Below are positions 1 through 11,983 of a stretch of 64,000 nucleotides of DNA, piece after piece; within the stretch, counting starts at the first letter, position 1; each line of letters begins with the position of its first letter. The notes beneath the pieces are model-generated. The model saw nothing but the letters and a program-made list of their open reading frames with translations, searched no databases and was not told where the DNA came from. Source of the stretch: Podarcis gaigeae. Its lineage: Eukaryota. The DNA lies in assembly GCA_964106915.2 (NCBI GenBank), contig OZ066927.1; one strand, given 5' to 3'. The position numbers and the translations under genes were made by a program.

Positions 1-905
1 TCTGGGAAAGAAAGCTCTCTCCATTGACCTGCATATAGGAAGGCATAGATCCACATGAAAAACAAAGATTTTATCCTCAGTCTAAATCCCCAAGATTGAA
101 GAATTCACTGTTATTCTTGATTCATTCATGCCCGAAATACCAGAAGCTAAAACTTGTCCTCTCTTTGCTCCTAGACTTGACCAACAAAATGAAAGACGTC
201 ACTTCACTTTCTGCCCTATTGAGATCTGGGCATTTCCCAAGTCAGCTTGGTTGTTGTTGTTGTTTTGGGGGAAGGGTGGTTGCAATTTTTTGGGGCACCT
301 GAGGCTTCATAGCAACTCAAAAGTTAGGGAGTCCCTAAATAGACCTGAATGCAACACCACTCTCTTTGCTTATGTTGCCCAGCAACTGGTTTTCAGAGGT
401 AACCTGCCTCTGACAGTGGAGAGAGAACACAGTCATCATGGCAGCCTTATCCGCCATGAGAGTTTATCGTTCAGAATCTGCCACTGCATCCCTAGGGAAG
501 CAGTGGGTCATGGACTCTTATTACAAGTGCTGGTGGCCCACTGTACATGCCTTGAGGCCAGGTCTTTCGTGGCGACATCTTCCACTTCAGCAAGAGAGCC
601 AGGCTCTCCACGTGGGCGTAGCAGACGTCCTTCCAACAAGCATTTTAACGACCTCATTTATTACATACTGCCCTGGCATAATTGCATATTGCAAGTTAGT
701 AATTACACATATTCACACTAATCGAGTAATTAAATATAATTATATAAGAACTGTAAATACATGGCAATCCACACACACACACTTTCCGGGGAGGAAACCC
801 TTCTGCATAATATAGGATTTTATTTCATATAGATAAATTGATAGTTTATCCACATGGTATGTCAACTTTCTGTTCAAATACTGGCTGGATTGGAATGCAG
901 GGATA

Positions 906-1083
906 TTAGGAAGCTGCTGTATACTGAGTCAGACCATTTGTCTATCTATTTCAATTTTGTCTACTCTGACTGGCAGAAGCTCTTCAGGTTTTCAGATAGG
1001 GTTGTCTCCCAGACCTGCCAGAAAATGCAAGGTATTGAAACTAGGATGTTCTGCATGCATAGCAAATGCTCTACCACTGAGCT
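906..1083 (-). mobile_element. tRNA-derived SINE (Squam3-like)
   Basis: The reverse complement begins GCTCAGTGGTAGAGCATTTGC..TGCATGCAGAA (tRNA A-box head) and ends in an AGGAAGCTGC-type tail. Related copies near 3950-4130, 22289-22460 and 61230-61413. Confidence 0.7.
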
Positions 1084-2300
1084 TGTCATTGAGAGGGTTT
1101 TGCCCAAGTGCTGAGGTCCAAAGAAATATAAGTGTCTTGGACATGAAGCAGGCAGGTAGCCTGTAGGCTGAGGTTAGGCAGACTGAAGACCAGCAGTTTG
1201 GAGGCACAGAAGACAGACTAGGCTGCCTCCTTGTCAGACCTTCAGGAAGCTTGCAGGCAGACCATAATAGGGGTCTGATTCTGGGGCATAAGCAGGCTGA
1301 GGTCCAGAGTCATATGACATTGCTAAGGAGAGCCTGTTAGGGTCAAGTTTCAGATCAGGCAAAGAAAGAACCAAGGAATGGAGCCAGGAGATGTGGCAGA
1401 CAAATTCTGGATCAGCAGGACTAGACAAGAAGGAAATCTTATTTTTCAACATAATGCTCAGGGCCACAATTATGTAAACCTAGCCATGCCTCCTCAGCTT
1501 ATCTGCTGCAGCTGAATTGATGGACCTTGTAAGGGTGGCATTGCAGCTTGGGGTGGATCAGGTGATTAAGTCCTTCAGCTTGCAAGCTGCGTTCGTGGTT
1601 CATGGAGTAAGGTGCCTGACTCCTGTTGCCTGGATTCATAATTTGAGTCACCTGATGCCTCACACTCCTTCAGCAACAGGTCATCCTAAGTGAAGGAAGG
1701 CAACTCATGGCAGAGTTTTCAAGACAGTGGCATCAGATTGGTTTCACATGAAGTCACCTGCTGGAAAGATTTTAGACTGTGGTATTGATGCACTGTCAGT
1801 AAATGCCTGTAATTCATTCCTCTAGCAAGCAGCTCCAATGACATAGAAAACCAGTGGTTCATCATACTTGGCATCCCAATGGCATATGACACTTATTTTG
1901 GAGGTATTGCATGGGGTTCAGGGCTGTTGCTAACTCCTAGTCTCTAGCTGCATTGGTGTGATGACCCTAGTTGGGATATCTGATTCCAGATTTCTTCCTA
2001 TGTTCATTAAAAAAATAAATCATCATACACAAGATATAAACCCAAACAAAAATGATGAGCAAAATACTACAAAAAAACCAGAAATGTCATAGCAGGGCAC
2101 ATATCCATTCTCTTTATTTGTCAACAAAATTGGAAGATATGGACATATTAATGTTTATAAGAGCAGTTGTCTCATCATATTTCCCCTATTGGTAGCACTG
2201 AAGAGACTTGCAGGTTAGTTGTATTGGTATAAATGATCAACTTGATCATACAATATAAAAATGTTATGGATTTTCGAAGCCTCTGGAAAGCTACATATTG

Positions 2301-2301
<1 letters not shown>

Positions 2302-2353
<52 letters not shown>
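2302..2353. repeat. (TG)n(AG)n compound microsatellite
   Basis: Direct reading. Confidence 0.95.
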
Positions 2354-2354
<1 letters not shown>

Positions 2355-2878
2355 CCACAGATATATTTGCAGGCTTTGCAAAGCTTCCCTAGTTGCTGCT
2401 AACATCCATATAACCAATTCTTTAGTATTCATGTATGATCACCTAATGTACTTAGAAGTCTCTCTTCTGATGTGCCAGGTGTACTACAGTACCTGTCTGC
2501 CAACACACAGGTGTGTTACTTACTGCCTACAGCCAGGAGGTTGGGATCTGAGGTTCTGCCTCGTTGGCTCCTGTTTCCCTTTCACAAGTATTCATTGCAA
2601 GTGTTTATATCAACAATACAGATCAAAGGAAGCTAAGTGTAGCTCGCAAATGACTAAAGCTGACAGCACAGTGGTGCCTGTTGATGTTGCAGCAGGGATC
2701 AACCACACTCCTGGGTGCGGAGAGCCCATTTCCATTAGAAAACAAACCACTCAATTAGTTGAAACTCCCTGATGAGGAAGCTGGCATTCATCTGTTAAGC
2801 GAAGAAATAATGTTAATTGGAGCACTGGGTGCTGATGAGCTTGCCTTCTCTGCTAGAGTCTGCTCCCAGTGGCTAGTT

Positions 2879-3014
2879 CAGAGTTTCCCAAACTTGGGTT
2901 TCCAGCTGTTTTTGGACTACAGTTCCCATAATCCCTGACCACTGGTCCTGCTAGCTAGGGATGATGGGAGTTGTAGTCCAAAAACAGCTGGAGACCCAAG
3001 TTTGGGAAACACTG
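2879..3014. mobile_element. Palindromic hAT-type MITE (136 bp)
   Basis: Near-perfect inverted arms CAGAGTTTCCCAAACTTGGG...CCCAAGTTTGGGAAACACTG, with 8-bp TSD GGCTAGTT/GGCTATTT. Degenerate relatives near 15888-15991, 22550-22660, 28425-28545, 40810-40935, 45010-45118, 61075-61185 and 63318-63452. Confidence 0.8.
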
Positions 3015-5315
3015 GGCTATTTCAATTGGGGGTTAGAGAGGCAGACTTCAACCCTCACATGCAGACAGACAAATCTGACTCTCCCAATTCTCTGCTTGTT
3101 CAGTGAGGCATTGACACCAAGATGTGCTTATCAATCAAGTCTAGTGTCTGCATGGGACACTGTTGGGGCATCTCCTGGGGCTCCAGATCTCTGGCAACAG
3201 AATTCACCACTAGCTGCCCTTCAAAACTAATGCTCCAATTGGTGCTTAGAGGTTAGTGGAATACCAGTTGCTGGAAACTGCAGAAGGGGAGAGTGTTCTT
3301 GGGCCCAGGTCCTGTTTGTGGCCTTCCCACATGCATATGGTGGACCACTGTGGGAACTGGATGCTGGACTAGAAGGGTCATTGACATGATCCAGCAGGCA
3401 CTTCTCACATTCTTAGGTTTCCAGTTTAATTTCCAACAATACCCTCACATAGCATCACTCCATCCCCAGACTTGGTGCAAAATTAAAACGGCAGCTGTCT
3501 CACAGTGATCACCTGCTGTTGTCACCCAACATCAAGTAAGCCTGCATTGAGTCCAGTGGTCCAGTGACATAGGAGCAGAGACAGCAGAGGGCACTCTGCA
3601 GAGTGCCCCTCTAACCCTGGAGCTGTTGCTAGTCAAGAGGAGCATTTGACCTCATCTAAAGACCATTTCCTGATCAGAGAAAGAAAGGTGTGTGTGTGTG
3701 TGTGTGTGTATGCACTTTCACAGGCATCTGGTTGACCATTGTGAGAACTGGATCTTGGACTAGATTGGCCACTGACCTGATGCAGCAGACTCTTATTATG
3801 TTCTTATAAAATGGAAGGGAGAGCAAAAAGTGGGATAATTAGATCAGACTCCTTGATGTCCTCCTTCAAAAGGTAGGATGGTTATAGGTCTGCCTGAAAA
3901 TAAGTAGGATGGGATCGCACTCGACACCGAGCACTTAAACTTCATTTTATCAAATCACATTATTGATCCATATAGCTCTGTCCATGCCATGGTGCTACCT
4001 AGCAACTAGATGTAGCTCTCCAGGGTTTCAGACAGAGAATTTTCTCGGCCCTATCTAGAGATGCAAGATGTCTACATTTATTTTTTTATCCTTTGCCTGC
4101 AAAGGATATTCTCTGCTACTCAGCTATGCCCCTCCCTGGACCTGTGAGTCATGTGTGTGTCCTGCAACAGTAGCCTTTGATCTTTCCAAACCAATGACCC
4201 ACTGCAACATGAGACCCACTTTTAATTCTCTGTGCCCTTCTCCTCTCTCTCTCAGGGAATATCTGCCTTCTTACTGGGGACCCTTTGGAACTGTAGATCA
4301 GTGAGAGGTTAAGGAAGCTTTCTAACAAATAATTTTTAGCCCCTGCATCAAACTACAATTCCCAGGATATGGGGGGGGGGAGAGGAAACAATGACCTTAA
4401 ATCAGTATGGATCAGTTATAAATCGCTAATGTTGACCTCCTGTCACTGTCTTTCTCTTTCATTTCATTCCATTTATTAGACGTATTAGTCACTTGTCACA
4501 CGAAGGTCTCCAAGCGACTTACAATAGTAGTAGTAGTAGTAGTAGTAGTTTTCGAACGTTTCGGAAGTTGAATGGTCTTCCGGAATGGATTACGTTCGAA
4601 AACTGAGATTCCACTGTACTCTGATCCATTGATTAATAAATAAACCAAAGTAAATGAAACCTCTACCTCCCCTTACTCCAACCAACAATTTTCCCCCTTC
4701 AACCTCCCCAATTCTCCCAGAAGTCAGTGGCCAGCATCTCTCCTCTCCCTTCAGAGGGGATGAGTAGCACAGCAAAGCAGAAAGATGGTAACAAACACTT
4801 TTACCAGCTTTGCAGTTGACCCGACTCCTGCTGTTCTCCTACTACTGGTGGGGGCGCAGAACGAATGATTGCTTGCCTGGGAATTTATCTTCCCACCTGA
4901 TGTCAAGGCCAGCTGTTGCAAATCTTTCCCTGCCATTCCCCACCCCCACTTTCCTCTTCAAAGACACTGATGCGACCTTAGGTTAGGTCCCAGCATGCTA
5001 CCTGAAGACAAGTGTTCTACAACTTATACCAACATCCTTTGTGATGCTCAGGGATTACATGGCGTGGTGCAGTCAGCTGATGCTACTGTCTGGACAGCTG
5101 TCTTACATGAGAAGTGTAAGGAGTGGATGGGTCCACTTTGGATGGTAATTGTTTATTTCTTCATTCACGTCAAAATGTGATCAGTCAGCCCTGCTTCAGA
5201 CCCTTCTGCTCATTGTGCTGAGTGAGACCTGGACTGTTGTCCTAAAGACCAGGCGGCAACAGGTGCTCTAGGGATCCTGAACAGATAAGTTGAGGTGAAA
5301 GCATCCTCTCCAGGT

Positions 5316-5715
5316 AGGGATGGAAGAGGCTGTCTATTTCAATTCTCCACGTTCCTTCAGAAATTTGAATTTTTAAAAAGACCCATGGAAATCCTTCAGT
5401 GTTAATTTAATGCAAATTTCTCCTAATACACCCATTCGTATCTCAAGTTTTGACTAACGTACGTGTCTTTGCAAGCAACAGCTCCTAATAACATGCATTT
5501 TTCTATGTTAGTTTCATTTTAAAAAATTCATTTGCATGCATATTTTCTCCTAATATATGCATTTTTGTAAATATTGGTTGGTTGGAGAATTGCACCGCAA
5601 AATTCAAATAAGTGCAAATTTCAAAGGGTGTCTGGGTATCAGTTCTCATGCTGTTTCAGAAAATGCAGGTTTTACCAATTCAGCTTTAAATGAATGGCAT
5701 TTCTCCCTCATCCGT
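5316..5715 (-). mobile_element. AT-rich non-autonomous DNA element (AGGGATGG...CCATCCCT-type ends)
   Basis: The same ~400-bp AT-rich body recurs at 12718-13075, 17310-17500, 35597-35975, 38516-39222 and 46780-47290. Confidence 0.6.
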
Positions 5716-5779
5716 ATCTGGAGGTAATAAATAAATATTTTTTTAAAAATAATTGTTTTTGTTTCTCTGAGTGTTGTGA

Positions 5780-6200
5780 ATATAGGAAGCTGCTTTACAC
5801 CAGCTCAGACCATTGGTCCACTTAGCTCACTATTGTCAGTGCTGACTGCCAGGAGTTCTCTAGGGTTGAACCTTGGACCTTCTGCATTCAAAGCACATGT
5901 CTCTACCATGGACCTACGGCCCTTTCCTGAACTGTGGGAGCCAAGCATAGGTTTAGCATCTACACAGTCTTCACTAACTGCCTGTGGCTCTTCAGGATTT
6001 CAGACAGGAGCCTTTTCCAACTCTTTGTGGAGGTGCTAAGATTGAATACGGGACCTTCTGAATGCTCTACCACTGTGCTACAGTTCTTGATTAGGAACAC
6101 AGGAAACTGCCATATCCTGAGTCACTGAACCTTGTTAACAATGACTGGCAGCAGATCTCCAGCATTTCAGACTGGAGGCATCCCCAGCTGTACCTGGAGA
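5780..6200 (-). mobile_element. Three tandem Squam3-like SINE copies
   Basis: Three successive blocks with the motifs AGGAAGCTGC..., CAG(GA)TTTCAGAC and GGGACCTTCTG...CTCTACCAC. Confidence 0.6.
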
Positions 6201-6952
6201 TCGAAAATGATAGGATTGTAGAGTTGCAAGGGACCCCATGGGTCATCTAGACCAACCCCCCTGCAACACAGGAATCTCAACTAGATCATGTATGACAGAT
6301 GACCATCCAAACTCTGCTTAAACCTGGGTTAAGCAAGTTCTCATCCCCAGATGACTCAATCAAAGGTGACTTTATCAAGATAGGTGTTTCCCTTCCACCC
6401 CGGGTCATCCCCTTTCCTTTTCACTTTCATGAGATTGGACTGATCTTTACATACCAGCAAAACAAAGCAATGGAGTGAAAGGTAGACAAGTGTGGAGGTG
6501 GAAAGTAGCCGGGTGGGGAAGCTGGGAGCTCAAGACTAATAAAGAAATTACTAGCGTACTACATTATGAATTGGATGAATTTTTAATAGCCGGGAATGTG
6601 GTTGATTTATAATGCATCAGTCCTAGCCTCCAGAGCCCATTGCTGCTTAATAAATAAATGACAGGCCCCTTGTATTAAAAGTATCCGTCATCTTACATCA
6701 CTGCCATGCAATTTATGGTGGAGTATCAAGGGCTGGATGGAGCATCCCTGCAGAGCAGACAAGCACCACCTGAGCAGGGAGAAAAGCGGGAGGAATAGAT
6801 TTCCCCCACTGGTGTCTGGGCTCCTTATGGCCAGAAGCTGGTGCAATTTGGGCTGGCTGATGCAGGAAATAATGCCTTTCCACTCTTCCCTGTTTGGGCC
6901 ACTAAATTGTTCTATGATGAATTGTGCTCAGGATGGTATTGGGAAGTTTATA

Positions 6953-7765
6953 CAGTGGTACCTTGGGTTACAGACGCTTCAGGTTACAGACGCTTCAGGT
7001 TACAGCCTCTGCTAACCCAGAAATAGTACCTCAGGTTAAGACCTTTGCTTCAGGTTGAGAACAGAAATCGTGCTCCGACGTCACAGCAGCAGCGGGAGGC
7101 CCCATTGGCTAAAGCAGTACCTCAGGTTAAGAACACTATTACTTCAAGGGAAGTAATAGTGCCACTGTATTCTGCTCTGGTCAGACCTCACCTGGAGTAC
7201 TGTGTCCAGTTCTGGGCACCACAGTTCAAAAAGGACACTGACAAACTGGAACGTGTCCAGAGGAGGGCAACCAAAATGGTCAAAGGCCTGGAAACGATGC
7301 CTTATGAGGAACGGCTAAGGGAGCTGGGCATGTTTAGCCTGGAGAAGAGGAGCTTAAGGGGTGATATGATAACCATGTTCAAATATATAAAAGGATGTCA
7401 CATAGAGGAGGGAGAAAGGTTGTTTTCTGCTGCTCCAGAGAAGTGGACACGGAGCAATGGATCTAAACTACAAGAAAGAAGATTCCACCTAAACATTAGG
7501 AAGAACTTCCTGACAGTAAGAGCTGTTCGACAGTGGAATTTGCTGCCAAGGAGTGTGGTGGAGTCTCCTTCTTTGGAGGTCTTTAAGCAGAGGCTTGACA
7601 ACCATATGTCAGGAGTGCTCTGGTGGTGTTTCCTGCTTGGCAGGGGGTTGGACTCGATGGCCCTTGTGGTCTCTTCCAACTCTATGATTCTATAATTCTA
7701 TGAACAATTTCAGGTTAAGAACGGACCTCCAGAACAAATTAAGTTCTTAACCTGAGGTACCACTG
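6953..7765 (+). mobile_element. Tc1/mariner (Tigger-like) MITE interrupted by a CR1 insertion
   Basis: TIRs CAGTGGTACCT/AGGTACCACTG flanked by TA. An uninterrupted copy lies at 59349-59574. Confidence 0.9.
7136..7701 (+). mobile_element. 5'-truncated CR1 LINE (RT C-terminus plus 3' tail)
   Basis: ORF ...[44 protein letters not shown]... is the typical CR1 ORF2 C-terminus. ATTCTAT-repeat tail; 5-bp TSD GAACA (7131-7135 / 7702-7706). Confidence 0.95.
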
Positions 7766-7800
7766 TACATGATTCTGTGTGCAAAAGATTTGGGATACAG

Positions 7801-8041
7801 ATAAGAACATAAGAGGAGGCTCTTGGATCAAGCCAATGGCCCACCTAGTCCAGCATCCTTTGCTCACAGTGGCCAACCAGATGCCCGTGGGAAATTCACA
7901 AGCAGGATCTCAGCACAAGAACACTCTTCCTCCTGTGGTTTCTAGCAAGTGATAATGCTGTATTGTGTTTTAATATTTGGTTGGGAGCCACCCAGAGTGG
8001 CTAGGGAAATCCAGCCAGATGGGCGGGGAATAATTAATACA

Positions 8042-8092
<51 letters not shown>

Positions 8093-8445
8093 GAAGCATT
8101 ACTACCTCTGCCCATGGAGGCATGGAGGCAGGGCATAGCCATCAGTAGCCCTATCCTCCATTAATTTGTCTAATACTTGGTTAAAGCCATCCAAGTTTAT
8201 GGCCATCACTGTCTCCTGTGGGAGAGTTCTATAGTTTAAATATGCACTACTTGACAAAGTACTTTCTACTATTCTGAAACTTCCAATATTCAATTTGTAA
8301 CGTCCATGAGTTCTAGTGGTACGAGAGGGGGAGAAAACCCTTTTCTCTATCTGTTTTCTCCATATCATGAATGATTTTATAAGCTTCTATAATGTCACCT
8401 ATTACTTCCCTTTTCTCTAAATTAGAAAGTCCCAGATATTGTTTC
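7801..8445 (-). mobile_element. Older CR1/L3 LINE 3' end, with an L2 tail and (TTA)n inserted at about 7949-8090
   Basis: Degraded ORF LEKREVIGDIIEAYKIIHDMEK; shared 3' UTR motif CTGGATCAGGCCAATGGCCCATCTAGTCCAGCATCC. Confidence 0.75.
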
Positions 8446-9006
8446 ATTAACAATTTGATCTGGTCCTGCAGCTTCCTGCTGAAATTCTGTAACTTTTCAT
8501 GCCACAAATATCCCATAGTATTGTCCCATAGGTTGTCCCTCTTTTGTTGTGCCATAGTATAAAAGTGTCCTTGTAGACAATAATAATGTGGTAACCTTGG
8601 GAAAGGGTTGCAGAATGAATAATAAAAAGGAAAGGTATGTGGATGTCCCAGTATAATTCCACCCATAATGCACTATTATTGTATCAATGGCATGTTGCAG
8701 AACACGCCAACCAAAAAACACCAGAATCTTGGAGGGGTCTAAGCATCTCAAAACACAGGACCTAGCAAGAAGAACCAGGTGGTGTGTGTGCGTGCATGCA
8801 TGTGCATTAGTTGTAGCTCAACCAGCCATGCCATAATGTCTGGCCATAATGTCTGTAGGTTCCTATATCAGAGGCAACATGCCTTATCATTCACGATTTC
8901 TCTCATGCATGATAGTGGCTTTATGGAGTGAGATGGTGGGATGGAATGCAACAGTGCCCATTGCCCTGCCTTCCTCTGGACTCCTATCACATGGAGACAG
9001 CACATA

Positions 9007-9600
9007 GTAATAATAATAATAACAACAATAATTTATTATTTATACCCTGCCCATCTGGCTGGGCTTCCCCAGCCACCCTGGTTCGTCTTCCAACTAAATA
9101 TTAAAATACAGTAATCCATCAAACATTAAAAGCTTCCCTAACAGGGCTGCCTTCAGATGTCTTCTAAAAGTCTGGTAGTTGTTGTTCTCTTTGACATCTG
9201 ATGGGAGGGCATTCCATGGGGCGGGTGCCACTACCGAGAAGGCTCTTCCTGGTTCCCTGTAACTTGGTTTCTCGCAGTGAGGGAACTGCCAGAAGGCCCT
9301 TGGCTCTAGACCTCAGTGTCCGGGTAGAACGATGGAGGTGGAGACGCTCCTTCAGCGTACTGGACTGAGGCTGTTTAGGGCTTGAAAGGTCAGCACCAAC
9401 ACTTTGAATTGTGCTCAGAAACGTACTGGGAGCCAATGTAGGTCTTTCGAGACCGGTGTTATGTGGTCTCGACGGCCACTCCCAGTCACCAATCTAGCTG
9501 TCACATTCTGGATTAGTTGTAGTTTCCAGGTCACCTTCAAAGGCAGCCCCACATAGAGTTCATTGGCAGTATTCGAAGCGAGAGATAACCAGATAACCAC
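9007..9600 (-). mobile_element. L2 LINE 3' fragment
   Basis: ORF NELYVGLPLKVTWKLQLIQNVTARLVTGSGRRDHITPVSKDLHWLPVRF is the L2 ORF2 C-terminus. The tail has CCAGCCAGATGGGCAGGGTATAAATAATAAA and (TTA)n. Confidence 0.9.
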
Positions 9601-11309
9601 TCTGGCGCATTACCCAGAAAGAAGGAAAAAGCATCACCCAAAAAGAGAAGGGATGCATCACCCAAAAGGAGAATTGCATAACATTTGCACATGCTTATGT
9701 ATATCTGTAGATGCAGACGTAGAAATAGCCGCTGAAACGGAAATGCAAAACATCTCACTGCACTGAGATGTAGTGACCCGTGATCTTCCTCAATTTGCTG
9801 TCCAGGTGGGAATGGCTGACATCCACTTTCAAGGCCCCTGATCTCCCTTCTGATGGTTCTTTATCTGTAAGACAGACAGACTGGAGAGTCCTTCAAGTAG
9901 AGGACTGTCTTTTTTAACACAGGCAATATGGCCACCCTAACAGCACATGACGCTATTGACATGCATAATATGCACTCTTTAGTGGGGGAGATAATGTGCA
10001 ACACATACTGTACCGGGATGTATCCAATGCTAGCCCTACTTGGAGCACACCCCACTGAAGTTAACCTATATGACCAAACAGGGTCCATTAATTTCAACAT
10101 TTCTACTCTGAGTAGAACTTAGCTGGATACAAGTCAACAGTTAGTTTCCATTCCTCCACCCATCCACCATTGTGAATGGAAGCCTTTCTGAATTGCTCTA
10201 TGATAGATTGTGCAGAAGAACTATAAAGAAATCTACATTTTTCCTGCTGTCTCCCTTCTTTCTGTTGCTGTTTCCGTGGGTGGGTAAACTGTGGTGACTC
10301 CATGGGACTCGCAATTCAGTGGACAGCCAAAATGGATGCTTGGAGGGGAGGGGAGGGCATTGCCTTATTTATTACATCTCTCGGTGGTAGCATAAATAAT
10401 ATGCTTAATAGATATGGGCCTTATGAATAATACAGAAGCCTGTATCTAAGCAATTGCAAAGCTTTTCTTATACATTGGATCTCCAGTGTCAAAGACTATT
10501 AATGATCTTCCCTATCTCTTCCTCTGCTGAGGGCAATTACAGAATCCGGGGATGGAAGGACTTGATGCAGTGGGGGATACAGATACATCGTGGGAGCGGG
10601 GGCACTAATGTGCCATTCAATCACTGTTTGCTCTGGGAAATTTCAGTGAGGAAGGAGATATCACTTGCATTTTGCTAATTTTTGCCTCTGCCCTCCCTGG
10701 GTCTTCTAAAATGGTATGTGATTGCAAGCAGTTCATTTAGCCCATTTAATGTGCATGCCGAGTCGTGAGTGATGCATTAATTAGAGCTAACAATTCAGGA
10801 TGTTTCCTTCCTTCCAAGCCTGTTAATTCTGTTGAAACAGGTGATACATATTTCTGAGTAGATTCATGTCATATGAATTGTGCATCTCAAGTAGAGATGC
10901 CCTGGATATTATCCACCTTTGATTTTTTCTTTTTGGGGGGGGGGGTGGATCAAGGCTGGATATTTTGGTACAGTAGATTTCCTTTTGTCTCTTAAAGAAC
11001 ACTTTGATTTGTTTTATATTCTCTTATGGAATTATTTGATGCCACTGAGTTCCCTAACTGCAACTTCTTCAATGCCATTTCAGCATGTTCTGGTTGCCTT
11101 TACTTTCTCTTTCCAGGATTTGTCATGCATGAGATCCTACCCTATCAGGGATCAAGTCGTGATACACCGTAGCCAATCAGTTTTAGCTGTGTGATGATAT
11201 CGGAGAGGGGAGCATAAATGAAACAAATATTAAATGGGTCCAAATTATTGGCAAAGGAGGATGTATTTTGAGCCAAAACTATGAAGGCAACACTGTGAAT
11301 AGTTTAGAG

Positions 11310-11590
11310 CAGGGGCCAGCAAGGTTTATCTTGCCTGAGCCAGATCGGTCCTGCAGAGATCCCGCTGTGGGCTGGATCGTGCCTGCGCCTATGATTTTTG
11401 GCATCTGTGCAGATGCATTTTTTAGCGCAGAAGCAGACGGGATTTACAGTGCCACAGAAGCAGGTCCCTGTGCTGCGCCAGTTTGGTGCAGCATGCGAGT
11501 GGGCGACTAGGTTCGGGGATGTCTCATGGGCTGGTCAAATGACCTCTGTGGGACGCTTCCGGCCCATGGGCCTTAGGTTGCTGACCCTTG
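11310..11590. mobile_element. hAT (Charlie-like) MITE
   Basis: TIRs CAGGGGCCAGCAA / TTGCTGACCCTTG; perfect 8-bp TSD GTTTAGAG. Confidence 0.9.
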
Positions 11591-11837
11591 GTTTAGAGTC
11601 TTCTCTTGTTCTGTAGAGAAAGAACCAGGCCTATAGACTGGGTGAAAGTGTATTTGTGGCCCTGTTGGATTCACAACTCTCATCAGCCTAAGTCAGTAGG
11701 CAATATCTGGAGCTCCCCAGGTTCCCTACCCCAGCTGTACACATTTCCCTGCAAATAATTTCCCTTGAACTCTCTGGGACCTACTTCTGAGTAAGACATG
11801 TATAGGATTGTACTGTGAGGGGGCACACACTCCTTTC

Positions 11838-11983
11838 CATTTTATCCTCGCAACAATTTTGTGGGATAGGTTAAGCTAAGAGACAGTGACTGGTCACCAG
11901 AAAGCTTTGTGGCTGAGTGAGAGTTTGAACCCTGGTCTCCCAAGTCTTATTCCAGTACTCTAAGCACTATACCACACTGGCTC
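11838..11983 (-). mobile_element. MIR-like SINE fragment
   Basis: ATCCTCGCAACAA..GTGGGATAGG..AGAGACAGTGACTGG..TTTGAACCCTGGTCTCC..ACTATACCACACTGGC. Related copies at about 49935-50156 and 60600-60770. Confidence 0.6.

Noticed and set aside
128-815. 197-aa and 125-aa ORFs
   Set aside because: No recognisable domain; they overlap a CR1 3' UTR remnant and lack splice context.
906-1083. tRNA gene
   Set aside because: Only a tRNA-like head of a multi-copy SINE; no complete cloverleaf.
7045-7695. 216-aa ORF as a host gene
   Set aside because: It is a CR1 RT C-terminus fused by chance to MITE sequence.
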